From: Chthoniobacteraceae bacterium | Lineage (GTDB): Bacteria > Verrucomicrobiota > Verrucomicrobiia > Chthoniobacterales > Chthoniobacteraceae | DNA length: 64,000 bases | NCBI GenBank assembly: GCA_037190965.1 | Contig: JBBCKI010000013.1 | Coordinates: 11,998-75,997 of the forward strand | Direction of reading: 5' to 3' | In this document: positions 9,647 through 19,534 of the stretch, piece after piece | Numbering within the stretch: the first letter of the stretch is position 1 | Layout: every line of letters starts with the position of its first letter | The notes under the pieces: generated by a model | Seen by the model: only the letters and a program-made list of their open reading frames with translations | What the model was told of the DNA's origin: nothing | Databases searched by the model: none | Translations under genes and position numbers: made by a program

Positions 9647-11179
9647 CTAGCAGAGTTGATAATCCGGGCTGCTCATGATGAGGTGCACGAGGCCGCGGAT
9701 CCGTTCGTCGAAGGTATTGTCGTCGAAGCTGAAGCTTTTCCGTCCCCCGGCTGCATCGGTTTCCAGGAGAGCGACCAACTGGCGGCGGAACTCCGGGGAG
9801 ATGGGGCGTTGCAGAAAGTCGCGCACGTAGAAATCGACCGCCTCGCCCGGGCTGTTGAGTTTTCGTTCCAACCCAAGCGCCTTGATCTGGGCTTTGGGGC
9901 TCCAGTTCACGCTTCGTTGTTTCTCGATGAAAGTGCGCCGGGTCTGCTTCTGGGCCGGTTGTTTGGAATCGTACATCTGGAAATCATCCGGGCTGACGCC
10001 GTTGATGAGGAAGTTTCCGAAATTGTAGCGGATCAGGAGAACGTTGGAGTTGATCCAGGCCATGCCGCCCGGCCATCCGTTGACGTCGGGCGGAAAAAAG
10101 AGGTCCTGCCCCATCAGCCGGAGCGCGTCGATCATGGTGGAACTCTCCGGGATCGGGACGCGCATCGATTTCAGAGCCCCGAGCGTCAGGACCACCGGGC
10201 TCTTGACGGTCGCGGCGAGGGCGCGCGGGGAGTAAAACTCCCGGCTGGCGAAGAGGTGGCGGAGAAAGGGAGCCAGCGCGAGGTCGACCTCCCGGTAGAT
10301 CCGGGCGGCTTCTTCCACCAACGGCGTTTCGGGGTTGGGCCAGAGAAAGAACTCCAGAAACTTGCGCGTCATGAAACGCGAGGCGGCGGGATGCTCCGAG
10401 ATGATCTGCACGATGTCGTCGCCCGTCCAGTCGCCGGTATTGCCAAGAAATACCTTCTCACCCGGGTCGTGGGCGTCCTTGTGAAAAGCGAACTTCCAGG
10501 TATCGCGATCGACGCCAAAGCCGGTGAGGGCGCGGGCCGATTCCTTCACATCGGTTTCGCTATAGTGGCCGACGCCCAGTGAGAAGAGTTCCATCAGTTC
10601 GCGGGCAAAATTCTCATTGGGTCGCCCGCTTCGCGACTGGGCGTTGTCGAGCCAGACCAGCATCGCGGGATCGCGGATCAGCGCCTTGAGTTGATCGGGA
10701 AACTTCCCGAACGCGAACCGGCGGAACCGCTCGTTCTGCCGCCACATCGGGTAGGCGTGCTCGATTTTTTCGGCGAAGGAACTGGCGAAATGGGAGTGCC
10801 AGAAGAGAGTCAGTTTTTCTTCCAGCGGCCGGCGTGTGGTGAGCATCCGCTCCAGCCACCAGCGTTTGAGCGCCTCGATCTTGTTGTTCTCTTCGCGTCG
10901 CCGTTCATTGGCGAGTTTCTGTCGCACCCCGTCGGGAAGCGAGCGGAGGCGGGCGCGGAAGGCGGCTTCATCCTCCTCGGGAAGCTTGGCACACTCGGGC
11001 GGTGAAAGCGGCCCCGGTTTTTCCACCGCGGGTGCCAGGAGCCATTCGATGGCACCGTCAAGCCCGCGCCCCGCGAGTTCCTCGGCGTCGGCCCAGGTGC
11101 CGCCAAAGCCGGCGCGCCAAAGAAGGTGGGCGGCCTTCGGCGTGTCGAACTCTTGGGCGGGGAGGGGGGAGAACGCCAT
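9647..11179 (-). CDS. DUF1800 family protein
   Basis: LFWHSHF, PNENFARELMELFSLG and PPDVNGW motifs; adjacent to the DUF1501 gene. Confidence 0.9.
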   Translation of the reverse strand: MAFSPLPAQEFDTPKAAHLLWRAGFGGTWADAEELAGRGLDGAIEWLLAPAVEKPGPLSPPECAKLPEEDEAAFRARLRSLPDGVRQKLANERRREENNKIEALKRWWLERMLTTRRPLEEKLTLFWHSHFASSFAEKIEHAYPMWRQNERFRRFAFGKFPDQLKALIRDPAMLVWLDNAQSRSGRPNENFARELMELFSLGVGHYSETDVKESARALTGFGVDRDTWKFAFHKDAHDPGEKVFLGNTGDWTGDDIVQIISEHPAASRFMTRKFLEFFLWPNPETPLVEEAARIYREVDLALAPFLRHLFASREFYSPRALAATVKSPVVLTLGALKSMRVPIPESSTMIDALRLMGQDLFFPPDVNGWPGGMAWINSNVLLIRYNFGNFLINGVSPDDFQMYDSKQPAQKQTRRTFIEKQRSVNWSPKAQIKALGLERKLNSPGEAVDFYVRDFLQRPISPEFRRQLVALLETDAAGGRKSFSFDDNTFDERIRGLVHLIMSSPDYQLC

Positions 11180-11221
11180 TAACCGAGTTTAACTCATTTC
11201 GATTAAGGAAGTTGCAAAAAA

Positions 11222-11575
11222 TCACTCAAAATACGTGTCTTCGTGCGCGTAGGGCGGGGCGCAGCAGCAGAGGAAACGGAGTTCCGACTCCGCCCGGATA
11301 GTGTGCCATGCGCCCGCCGGGATCAGGATGGCGTCTCCCGGGCCAACCGCGCGGGTATCGCTGCCGACGGTCATTTCGCCGGTGCCTTCCAGAATGAAGT
11401 AAAATTCCTCGCTCAGGCGGTGGTAGTGCCGCTCCGTGGTAGCCCCCTTCGGCAATCGCGCTTCGGCCAGGCTCTGGTTTTCCACGGGCGCATTGCTCCT
11501 GTCGAGGATGGAGCGAATCGTCGAGGAGTCTTTCGTGGTAAATGGAGTCGCAGAGTCGATGTTTTGGACGATCAT
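11222..11575 (-). CDS. Cupin domain protein
   Basis: HYH-x3-EEFYFILEG and IPAGAWH cupin motifs; ATG at 11575. Confidence 0.9.
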   Translation of the reverse strand: MIVQNIDSATPFTTKDSSTIRSILDRSNAPVENQSLAEARLPKGATTERHYHRLSEEFYFILEGTGEMTVGSDTRAVGPGDAILIPAGAWHTIRAESELRFLCCCAPPYAHEDTYFE

Positions 11576-11580
11576 GAGGT

Positions 11581-11648
11581 TAGAGCATTTTCGGCTTATT
11601 CTGTCGCATGCTTTAATCATTGCGACATTCTAAACCGAAAAAGCTCTA
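11581..11648. repeat. Short MITE-like inverted-repeat element
   Basis: TAGAGCATTTTCGG ... CCGAAAAAGCTCTA termini with an inner TGTCGCA/TGCGACA stem. Confidence 0.6.
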
Positions 11649-11697
11649 GCCGTTCTATTTTCCTGACTTCCTGCCGTCGAGCGTATATACCTGAGGG

Positions 11698-12489
11698 ATG
11701 CGATTCCTCGATCAGTGTTCGGCGTTGATTACCGGAGCCTCTTCCGGTCTTGGAGCCGAGTTTGCCCGTCAACTTGCCCCCCGTGCGACGACCTTGGTTT
11801 TGGTGGCGCGCCGGTTGGAGAACCTGGAGGCGCTGCGAAACGAGATAGCGAGGCCCGGGCTTGAGATTCACCTGCACAAGGCGGATCTCTCCTGTGCTGC
11901 CGATGTGGACGGTTTGCTTTGCTCGCTTCAGGAGGGCGGGTTGCAGATTAATTTTTTGATCAATAATGCCGGGTTGGGGGATCATGGCAAATTTGAGAAT
12001 AGCGATTGGGAACGCGTTCGCCAAATGGTTGAGGTGAATGTCAACGCGTTGACGCGGCTGAGCTTCGCCCTGCTGCCTATGCTTAAGAAGCAGCCCAAGG
12101 CGGCCATTCTTAATGTTTCCTCCGTTGCGAGTTTTCTCCCGATGCCCAAGATGGCGGTCTACGCCGCGACGAAGGCGTATGTGACCAGCTTCTCAGAGGC
12201 ATTGCGGGCGGAGTTGCGCTCCAGTGGCCTCCGGGTGACGAACCTATGCCCAGGGCCGGTCTCCACGGAGTTTGGGGCGGTGGCCGAGCGGAAGACAAAC
12301 GCCGAGCCATTGCCGGCCCCCGAGATCATGAAGGTGCCGGCTCCCAAAGTGGTATCGGATGCTCTTCGGGCGGTGGAGCGCGACCAGCCTCGCAATATTC
12401 CCGGTTGGTTTGTCGCCATGGTGATGTTGCTGACCGCCGCGATGCCGATGTCCATTCTTCGCCTGGCCATGAAAAAGCAGGCTCGATAG
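11698..12489 (+). CDS. SDR family oxidoreductase
   Basis: TGASSGLG, NNAG and YAATK motifs. Confidence 0.93.
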   Translation: MRFLDQCSALITGASSGLGAEFARQLAPRATTLVLVARRLENLEALRNEIARPGLEIHLHKADLSCAADVDGLLCSLQEGGLQINFLINNAGLGDHGKFENSDWERVRQMVEVNVNALTRLSFALLPMLKKQPKAAILNVSSVASFLPMPKMAVYAATKAYVTSFSEALRAELRSSGLRVTNLCPGPVSTEFGAVAERKTNAEPLPAPEIMKVPAPKVVSDALRAVERDQPRNIPGWFVAMVMLLTAAMPMSILRLAMKKQAR

Positions 12490-12770
12490 CCGGGGGCATT
12501 GAGATTGCACCTTGGTGATATAGTAATGTCTCAATCTATAACGTTTATTAATAATGAGAATGGAGCGTTATAAAGTGATGGATAGGGGAAACCCTTAGTG
12601 ATTTCTTCATAGGAATCCCGAGTCTGTTTTCGCTTCCCAATTGATGGATTTCATTTACCCTGCGGTCTCGTCAGCAGTGTTGAGGCAGGGGAGTTTGCAA
12701 TTGAATCAATCAGTGGCCGACTTGAGACCGATGACCGGAACCGTCACGGCAGTGCTAGGCAGTTATCAGT

Positions 12771-13157
12771 ATGTCAAATAACAAACTTTACGTTGGGAAC
12801 CTTCCCTTTAACGTAACGGAACCCGATCTGCAGGACCTCTTCGGTCAGGCAGGAACCGTCAGCGATGTGCTGTTGGTTCAGGACAAATTCACGGGCAAAA
12901 GCCGTGGGTTTGCTTTCGTCACGATGAGCTCGGACAATGAAGCTCTGAGCGCCATCGAACAGTTCCACGGCAAGGCGTTGGAAGGCCGTCCGTTGACCGT
13001 CAATATCGCCCGTCCTCGTGAAGAGCGCAGCGGCGGCGGTGGTGGCGGTGGTGGTCGTTCCTTCGAGCGTCGCGGTGGCGGCGGCGGTGGATACGGCGGC
13101 GGCGGTGACCGTCGTGGTGGTGGCGGTGGTGGCCGCGATCGTGGTGGCCGCTATTAG
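12771..13157 (+). CDS. RRM (RNP-1) RNA-binding protein with Gly/Arg-rich tail
   Basis: LYVGNL (RNP2), RGFAFVTM (RNP1), Gly-rich C-terminus. Confidence 0.95.
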   Translation: MSNNKLYVGNLPFNVTEPDLQDLFGQAGTVSDVLLVQDKFTGKSRGFAFVTMSSDNEALSAIEQFHGKALEGRPLTVNIARPREERSGGGGGGGGRSFERRGGGGGGYGGGGDRRGGGGGGRDRGGRY

Positions 13158-13197
13158 GCTTCCCCTCAGTACCCTAAGTTTTTTAACCGGGTTTTCT

Positions 13198-13243
13198 ACG
13201 TCGGTGTTGCAGTTTGAAATGCTGTAACACCGACGTTTTGTTT
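13198..13243 (+). terminator. Intrinsic terminator after the RRM gene
   Basis: ACGTCGGTGTTGCAG / CTGTAACACCGACGT stem followed by TTTGTTT. Confidence 0.75.
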
Positions 13244-13304
13244 CGTCTCTTATTGGATAAATCCTGCGCAGACAGGAGTTTCACTTTTTTCGTGGAGAGC
13301 GCAA

Positions 13305-13450
13305 GGTAGCCCGCTCTCGCCGAGAGCGCGGGATGGGTTGACGAATCGCGTTTGATATCCATCCCTGCAGGACGGACTACCGGTATTGGGATGCAGCCCT
13401 CATGAAGCCACGGGGCTGATACCCGCGCTCGACGGCGCGAGCGGGCTACC
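13305..13450. repeat. GTAG-family REPIN copy 3
   Basis: GGTAGCCCGCTCTCGCCGAGAGCGCGGG ... CCCGCGCTCGACGGCGCGAGCGGGCTACC. Confidence 0.9.
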
Positions 13451-13490
13451 AGTGCTGCCGCACTCGTTTAGTACAAATGGTCCGCTTTCG

Positions 13491-14672
13491 CTATCCAAAC
13501 AGCGCCATGGAGACGGTATAGCCATGGACAAAGCTTCGGCCTTTGATGGGGCCGATCTCGCCATTGCAGAAAAGGCCTGCGCTGGGAAATTTGCCAATGG
13601 CCTTGGCGAGCGCATGGGCGTCGTGATTGGCGGAACCGAAAAGATCGCGGCCCCGGCCATTGCACGAAAAGAGAAGGGCGGCGAAGGGCGGGAGCGGGCG
13701 GCTGCCTTCGACGGCGAGGCGATACCGCAGGTCGGCCTCGGCGCTTTGCCGGTCGCGCAGTTGCCATTGGAGGGTCTGTCCGACTCTCGGGTAGGCTCCC
13801 ACCGCGACCGCGCCGGTTCCGGCGTCGGCTCCCAAAATGGTGCGAATGAGGAAGTCGCCTCGTTTGAAGTCCTCGACGTATTCCGAACTGGCCAACCCGG
13901 CGAAGAGATTCCCCTGGGCGCGGGTCTTTTCTTCGTCGCTAAGCGATTCGAACGCTTCAGCCAGGGCTGAATAGGCGGGCTTGCCGCCCAGCGCCAGCAC
14001 GAGGTTGCCATCGGTGCCGGTCACGGTCAGCGGTTCGCCAATGGGTCTGCAGCCTTGCGCAAGGAGCGGATGCACGGTGACTCCTCCCTTGAACCCGACA
14101 AGCATGGCTGTTCCGGGATCGAGGACTTCACGGTTGTGGATCACAAAGACTTCCTCGTTCTGGGTTCCGCCGAGGTTGCTCGAACAGAGGCCGCCGATGG
14201 TGTCGATCCCCGGGTAGGCCTCGCTCCAGGCGGCGAGCCACGGTTCCACGGGAAAACCAAAGGGATCGACGAGGCTGATCCAGGTATCCACGTCGCCGGG
14301 GCTCACCCCGGTGATGCGGTGCCAGTCTTCGGCGGATTGCGCCTCCTCCACATGATGCTCCTGAAGGGTGGCGGTGTGGATCTTCGTTTCAGGCAGGTGC
14401 AGGAGCAGCAACGAGAAACCGCTGGTTTGCTCTGCCTCCTCATCGGTGCCGATGAGCCCCGTGCCGCTGCAACCGACGAGAAGCGGGACGTGCCCGTGAA
14501 GCTGGATGAGCTCCAGAAAATCCTCAAGATGATCCCTGTAGTCCGCCGAGGCAAAGACGAACCCGATGGAAACACGCCCGCCCACTTCCGCCAGGGCACT
14601 TCGCGCGGCCTCCTTGACGGCTTCCTCGGTATAAGGCTGAAGGACGAGTCGGGAAGCGGCTGTATTCGACAT
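13491..14672 (-). CDS. FIST domain signal transduction protein
   Basis: QGCRPIG, FSCNGRG and FCNGEIGP motifs; ATG at 14672 preferred. Confidence 0.9.
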   Translation of the reverse strand: MSNTAASRLVLQPYTEEAVKEAARSALAEVGGRVSIGFVFASADYRDHLEDFLELIQLHGHVPLLVGCSGTGLIGTDEEAEQTSGFSLLLLHLPETKIHTATLQEHHVEEAQSAEDWHRITGVSPGDVDTWISLVDPFGFPVEPWLAAWSEAYPGIDTIGGLCSSNLGGTQNEEVFVIHNREVLDPGTAMLVGFKGGVTVHPLLAQGCRPIGEPLTVTGTDGNLVLALGGKPAYSALAEAFESLSDEEKTRAQGNLFAGLASSEYVEDFKRGDFLIRTILGADAGTGAVAVGAYPRVGQTLQWQLRDRQSAEADLRYRLAVEGSRPLPPFAALLFSCNGRGRDLFGSANHDAHALAKAIGKFPSAGLFCNGEIGPIKGRSFVHGYTVSMALFG

Positions 14673-14776
14673 GGTTGTGGGGCTGGACACTAGCGGCTTT
14701 CTACGAAGCACAAAATGCACCATGATTCCATCTCCCCAAAGACCGAATCGGGAACGGGGAAGGGAAAGGGGGCTTT

Positions 14777-16315
14777 CTACTTTTCCGAAACGATGGGCCA
14801 ATCATCGGTACGGAACGATGAGGCGGGCAACCCTTCCTTGTTGACGAGGTTGATCTCCGGGCTATTGGCCCAGGCGTACCGAACTGCCACGGGCTGAGTT
14901 GCTTGTGGAGAGGTGATGATGACGGTCGAAGAGGCTTTGTCGATTTTCGCTTCGGCGGCGACGAAGTTCTTGTCCGCTCCGGCGACGGTGAATCCCTTCA
15001 CGGCGGCGCCATCGTGCGTGGTCAGTCCGTCGGCGGTGCCCGGCTTGAAGCGGACGGTTACCTGGTTGCCGTCGAATTTCGCGTCATCGAAGAACGGCCC
15101 GGAGGAGACGACTGCCTTGCCATAGGTGGAGGCTTCGGCGATCAGGGCGAGCCTGCGGCCGACCTCCTGTTTGTTCTTGGGATGGATGTCGGAGGGGTTT
15201 CCGATGTCGAGGGCGACGGCGAGGCCGGTGTGGGGGACTTCAAGCGTGGTCAGGCGTTGAGCGTCCCGCAGTTCGGCCCATTTGGAGGCTACGGGTTCCT
15301 TTCCGCCTGGCAGATAGTTGGCAAGCTGGACGATCAGGAACGGAAGGTCGTTGTTCTTCCACGCGGCGCGCCAGGAGGCGATCAGCGTGCTCAGCAGCGG
15401 TTTGTAGGTATCCGCTTTGCCGGCGTTGGATTCTCCCTGGTACCAGATGACACCCTTGATCGTGTAAGGAGTCGCGCCGTGGATCATGCAATTATAGAGA
15501 ACGGCGGGCGCGTGCTGGCTGTCGGGGCCAAGGGGGGCCATCGGCTTTTTCGGTTCAGGCTGGCCTGCCGCTTTGGCCGCTTCGGCCTGGGTGGCCCATG
15601 CGACCATCTTCTCGTCATGCGCGGCCTTGAGGGCGGGGTAATCGGCCATCCGCTTCTGCCACTCCTGGTGGTATTCCTTTTCAAGCAACGGGTTAGCCAT
15701 GATGGCATCGCCGGGAGTCCACGCTTCCGCCCGGGTGCCACCCCATGAGGTGTGGATGATCCCGATGGGGCTCTTGAGGTTTTGATGCAGTTGGCGGGCG
15801 AAGTAGTACCCTACCGCAGACCAGTTGGGGACGTTTTGCGGCGAACAGACCTGCCACTTGCCGGCCACTTCCTCGAGAGGGGTCGGGCTGACCTTTCTGG
15901 GGACGTTGAACATCCGGATCTCCGGAAAACTGGCGGCGGCAATTTCCTGCTCGGGGTTTTGGGAGTGCGAGACCTGCCATTGCATGTTCGATTGACCCGA
16001 CCCGACCCAGACCTCGCCGACGGCGACGTTCTGAACAGTCAGCTTGTTTTTCCCTTCGACGGTGAGAGCGCCTGCGTTCCCGGGGGTGAGGCCGTCGAGT
16101 TCCACGCGCCATTTGCCGTCGTCGCCTGCGGTTGCGGTTGCGGAGGTTTTACCCAGCGAGACGGTCACTTTTTCCCCTGGGTCAGCTTTGCCCCAGACGG
16201 CCGCCTTGGGGGCTTGAAGCAGCATGTTATCAGAGATGAGCGGCGGCAGGGTGACATCGCTCCAGGCGGAAGCCATGGGGATGAGAGTGAGGGCAAAGGG
16301 GAACAGCTTTCTCAT
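14777..16315 (-). CDS. Sialate O-acetylesterase (SGNH)
   Basis: Signal peptide; SGQSNM, WYQGESN and DIHP motifs. Confidence 0.92.
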   Translation of the reverse strand: MRKLFPFALTLIPMASAWSDVTLPPLISDNMLLQAPKAAVWGKADPGEKVTVSLGKTSATATAGDDGKWRVELDGLTPGNAGALTVEGKNKLTVQNVAVGEVWVGSGQSNMQWQVSHSQNPEQEIAAASFPEIRMFNVPRKVSPTPLEEVAGKWQVCSPQNVPNWSAVGYYFARQLHQNLKSPIGIIHTSWGGTRAEAWTPGDAIMANPLLEKEYHQEWQKRMADYPALKAAHDEKMVAWATQAEAAKAAGQPEPKKPMAPLGPDSQHAPAVLYNCMIHGATPYTIKGVIWYQGESNAGKADTYKPLLSTLIASWRAAWKNNDLPFLIVQLANYLPGGKEPVASKWAELRDAQRLTTLEVPHTGLAVALDIGNPSDIHPKNKQEVGRRLALIAEASTYGKAVVSSGPFFDDAKFDGNQVTVRFKPGTADGLTTHDGAAVKGFTVAGADKNFVAAEAKIDKASSTVIITSPQATQPVAVRYAWANSPEINLVNKEGLPASSFRTDDWPIVSEK

Positions 16316-16392
16316 TTGCCTAGATTTCCGTTGAGAAATATTCTTTGCAACTTTTAATTCCCGCCAGGTTTATTTAGCGTCGACCTCCTCCC

Positions 16393-16830
16393 ATGAAGCA
16401 TCCCCATTATTCGTCCGTTTCGCGTCCGTCCGGTTTCACCCTTCTCGAGATCATGCTCGTTTTGGGGATCATCGCCATTCTTGTCAGCTCGGGTATTTAT
16501 CTGCTTTCGGGAAATATCGACGTGGCCAAGGAGACCCGTGTGGAGAGCGATATCAAAACGATCAGCACGCAGATCAAGACTTACGAGATGAGCAACTACG
16601 CGCCTCCGACTACGGAGCAGGGATTGTTGGCGCTGGTTGAGCCTCCCACGGCGGCTCCCGAGCCGCGCCGCTGGAAAAAGCTGCTGGAGGAGTTGCCCAA
16701 GGACCCGTGGAATCGCGACTATGTTTATCGTTTCCCCGGTATCAAGAATCCGGCGGGGTTCGATCTTTTTTCACTGGGGGCCGATGGCGTTGAGAGCACC
16801 GACGATATCGGCAACTGGAAGCAGCCGTGA
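16393..16830 (+). CDS. gspG: Type II secretion major pseudopilin GspG
   Basis: GFTLLEIM prepilin motif; PTTEQGL, DPW and SLGADG motifs. Confidence 0.93.
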   Translation: MKHPHYSSVSRPSGFTLLEIMLVLGIIAILVSSGIYLLSGNIDVAKETRVESDIKTISTQIKTYEMSNYAPPTTEQGLLALVEPPTAAPEPRRWKKLLEELPKDPWNRDYVYRFPGIKNPAGFDLFSLGADGVESTDDIGNWKQP

Positions 16831-17504
16831 GCCGACCGCGCCGTCATGGATGGCAGCGGGGGTTTACGCTTCTTGAGATCGTCGTTGTCCTTGCCATTGT
16901 GGCGGTGCTGGCTGCTTTCGGAGTGCCATTTATTTCCGGAATGATCCGGGAGGCGGCCATGCGGGCGCCTGTGGAGGAGTTGCAGGATCTTGCGAAGATC
17001 GTGCGTCTGCGGGCCATAAAAGAGGGCCGCCCTTACGAGATCGTATTCAATGAAGACGGTTTTTCAGGGCGTCTCTATAGTCTCTATTCCAGGCCGGACG
17101 GCGACGAGGAAGAGCTTGAGGAGGTCGATTCCCGGAATGGCGATGCGGAAAAGACCGATGGGTCCGATAACGAGACACCCCGCAGAACAGAAGACGAAAC
17201 AGAAGACAAAGCCGATGAGAACGGGGAGGAGAAAAAGCCGCTGCCGCCCGAGCCGCTGGTCGAATACCAGTACGCTCCGGGGATGGCCTGTCGTTTGCTT
17301 TTTTGGGGCAAAAGCCAGTGGCTTGAGCCCGGGCTGGAGACAAGAAGCCGCCGGGACTCGTCGCGCGACCGCTGGGTCTTCCAACCTTCGGGGCTTTGCA
17401 ATCCCGTGCGGGTCCAATTTCGCAAAGGCGACGCCTGGATCGAAGTCGCCTTTAACCCCCTGACGGCGGACGCCCAGGACGAGCGCTACTACTTCCCGGA
17501 GTAA
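16827..17504 (+). CDS. Minor pseudopilin (GspH-like)
   Basis: GFTLLEIVVV prepilin motif; position after gspG; acidic low-complexity insert. Confidence 0.8.
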   Translation: MSRPRRHGWQRGFTLLEIVVVLAIVAVLAAFGVPFISGMIREAAMRAPVEELQDLAKIVRLRAIKEGRPYEIVFNEDGFSGRLYSLYSRPDGDEEELEEVDSRNGDAEKTDGSDNETPRRTEDETEDKADENGEEKKPLPPEPLVEYQYAPGMACRLLFWGKSQWLEPGLETRSRRDSSRDRWVFQPSGLCNPVRVQFRKGDAWIEVAFNPLTADAQDERYYFPE

Positions 17505-17509
17505 ACCCC

Positions 17510-17908
17510 GTGCCCCATTCGCGTCAACATGCCGATCGCTCGGGGTTTACCCTTTTGGAGATCATGCTCGCGGTGACGGTCTTCGCCATCGCGGTGCTTG
17601 GCTTGCTCTCGGCGTTGCACACCACTGTGGATGCCGCGACAGGCTTTAACCGGGAGGCGCAGGTGGCGCTTTCGCTCCAGAACCAGCTTGCGGAGGCTCG
17701 CGAGGAACCATGGACCGGCCCGGGAAGCGAGACGAACGGCCCCGACGAACTCGGCGTGATGTACACCAAGGAGATCGAGCCGCTGGAATTGCAGAACCGG
17801 GACGGGCACGCGCTCGACCGGATGTACCGGCTCAAGATCACGGCAACCTGGGGAGCGGGCGATACGGAGGAAACCCAAACGGCGGAGGTATATGTCCATA
17901 AGCCGTAA
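17510..17908 (+). CDS. Minor pseudopilin (GspI-like)
   Basis: GFTLLEIMLA prepilin motif, 132 aa, operon position. Confidence 0.8.
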   Translation: MPHSRQHADRSGFTLLEIMLAVTVFAIAVLGLLSALHTTVDAATGFNREAQVALSLQNQLAEAREEPWTGPGSETNGPDELGVMYTKEIEPLELQNRDGHALDRMYRLKITATWGAGDTEETQTAEVYVHKP

Positions 17909-18605
17909 TCGCCGCAACCTCTTCCGCGCGCCCGGCTTCACGTTGCTGGAGCTGGTGATCGCGATGGCGGTATTCTCGATCATCGCGGTGGCGTTGTTTC
18001 GTGTGCTCGACGCCTGCCTACGGACGACGAACGAATTGCACGATGCCCAGCGGGTCACCCGGCAACTGGCGACCTTCGCGGAGTTGTGCCGAAAAACGTT
18101 TGCCACCCTCCCTCCCACCGCCAGTTTCCGGGTTCCGGCCAGCCTTGAGGCCGACGGCCAGGAAATTGAGTTCAAGGATGCTCCCGCCATTTTTGCCTTC
18201 GGCGATAGTCCGCTCAACTATGGCACGACGACACTTGCCGTTCGCCCCCGGGAGGACGGGCTCTTTGAGCTTTCCATCTCTCGCAGTGATTTTGCTCCGC
18301 CCAAGGACGAGAGCACGATAATCGGGGTGGAGGCTTCAGCCCCCTCCCTGGAGCCGGACGAAAAGGGGCGGTATTGGTTGCTGCTGGCTGGTGATCTTGA
18401 ATGGGCGCGCTGGCGTTTTTACGATCCTCGCGCCCACGATTGGGTGGAGTCCTGGACACGGAACACCCGGCCGCCGCTGGTGGAGCTTTCGCTCCTCCTG
18501 ACGGGAGACACCGTTCCATTCCGCGCCGTATTCCCCGTCGCCTTTGCCGAAGAATCCACACAGCAACCCGAGCAGGGTCGCCGCTCAAACAGGAGGAGGC
18601 GATGA
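17892..18605 (+). CDS. Minor pseudopilin (GspJ-like)
   Basis: GFTLLELVIA prepilin motif; W-x-x-x-W...P-x-LVEL C-terminal pattern. Confidence 0.8.
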   Translation: MSISRNRRNLFRAPGFTLLELVIAMAVFSIIAVALFRVLDACLRTTNELHDAQRVTRQLATFAELCRKTFATLPPTASFRVPASLEADGQEIEFKDAPAIFAFGDSPLNYGTTTLAVRPREDGLFELSISRSDFAPPKDESTIIGVEASAPSLEPDEKGRYWLLLAGDLEWARWRFYDPRAHDWVESWTRNTRPPLVELSLLLTGDTVPFRAVFPVAFAEESTQQPEQGRRSNRRRR

Positions 18606-19528
18606 GGTTGTTTTTTCGTGCAAAACACGCTCATGGCTCCGCGCTTTTGCTCGTCATGTGGGCTCTGGTCGTGATGTCGCTGGCGGTTTTTGGCGTCATC
18701 AAGTTTGTTGGCTACGGTTTCGATGATACGGTGGCGCTCCAGAAGGATTTTCGCGCCCGTCAACTCGCGGAGTCGGGGCTGGCAATCGGGCTGCATCCCC
18801 AGGTGAAGCCGGGCGATCCGGTTTTGCGGCAGAAACTTTCGGCCGAGGAGAGAATTGAAGTCCGGATCCGGCCCGAGGACGGGAGATTGCCCATCAACGT
18901 CATCATCGAGTTCGGCTTTTCCGACGTGCTCCGCGTGCTTTTTGAACAGTGGGGACTGGAGCCGGAGGACGCCTTCATTCTGGCGGATTCCCTGGCCGAC
19001 TGGGTGGACCGCAATGGTCGCGTCCGGCTTCACGGCGCGGAGCGGGAATATTATGAGGAGCAGGGATATCCCGAATACCCGAGAAATCGGCCTTTTGAAT
19101 CCGTGGAGGAGATGCTATCCGTGCGGGGAATGGACAAGCTAGTGGCAATGAAACCCGATTGGCGGGATTACTTTACCGTTCACGGCTCCGGGAAACTCAA
19201 CGTCAACGGGGCATCGGCGGACGCCATTTCCATTTACACCAAAGTCCCGCTGGAGCACGCCGAAGCGTTGGTAAAGCAACGCAACGGGCTTGACGGTCTT
19301 CCTGATACCGAAGACGATCTACAATTCTCTTCGTTGGAGCAATTTCGCGACGCGTTGGGCATGAACCCCGGTGACTTCGATGCGGTTTCGGGCCTGCTGA
19401 CCGTGGAGACAACGCTACTGCGCGTGGAGAGCAAAGGCCGCGTCGGAAATCGCGTGGTCACACTTTCAATGATCGCCAAGCTCGAACAGGGGAAACGCCC
19501 CGCCATCCTTGCAACCATGGAGAACTAA
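18602..19528 (+). CDS. gspK: Type II secretion protein GspK
   Basis: GSALLLVMW atypical prepilin motif; DWVD, GAE and LNVN motifs; ATG at 18602 overlaps the upstream stop. Confidence 0.88.
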   Translation: MRLFFRAKHAHGSALLLVMWALVVMSLAVFGVIKFVGYGFDDTVALQKDFRARQLAESGLAIGLHPQVKPGDPVLRQKLSAEERIEVRIRPEDGRLPINVIIEFGFSDVLRVLFEQWGLEPEDAFILADSLADWVDRNGRVRLHGAEREYYEEQGYPEYPRNRPFESVEEMLSVRGMDKLVAMKPDWRDYFTVHGSGKLNVNGASADAISIYTKVPLEHAEALVKQRNGLDGLPDTEDDLQFSSLEQFRDALGMNPGDFDAVSGLLTVETTLLRVESKGRVGNRVVTLSMIAKLEQGKRPAILATMEN

Positions 19529-19534
19529 CCCCCG

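Noticed and set aside
8885..10582. 565-aa plus-strand ORF
   Set aside because: Antisense shadow of DUF1501/DUF1800 in high-GC DNA; no recognisable motifs.
12520..12575. Fur-box-like ATAATGAGAAT
   Set aside because: Only a half match in an AT-rich promoter region with no iron-related gene adjacent.
13029..13150. GGC/GGT trinucleotide repeat tract
   Set aside because: It simply encodes the Gly-rich tail of the RRM protein.
13386..13970. Short ORFs reading through REPIN copies (also 41270, 43645, 48628)
   Set aside because: Their mutual peptide similarity comes from the repeat DNA itself, and they overlap real genes on the opposite strand.
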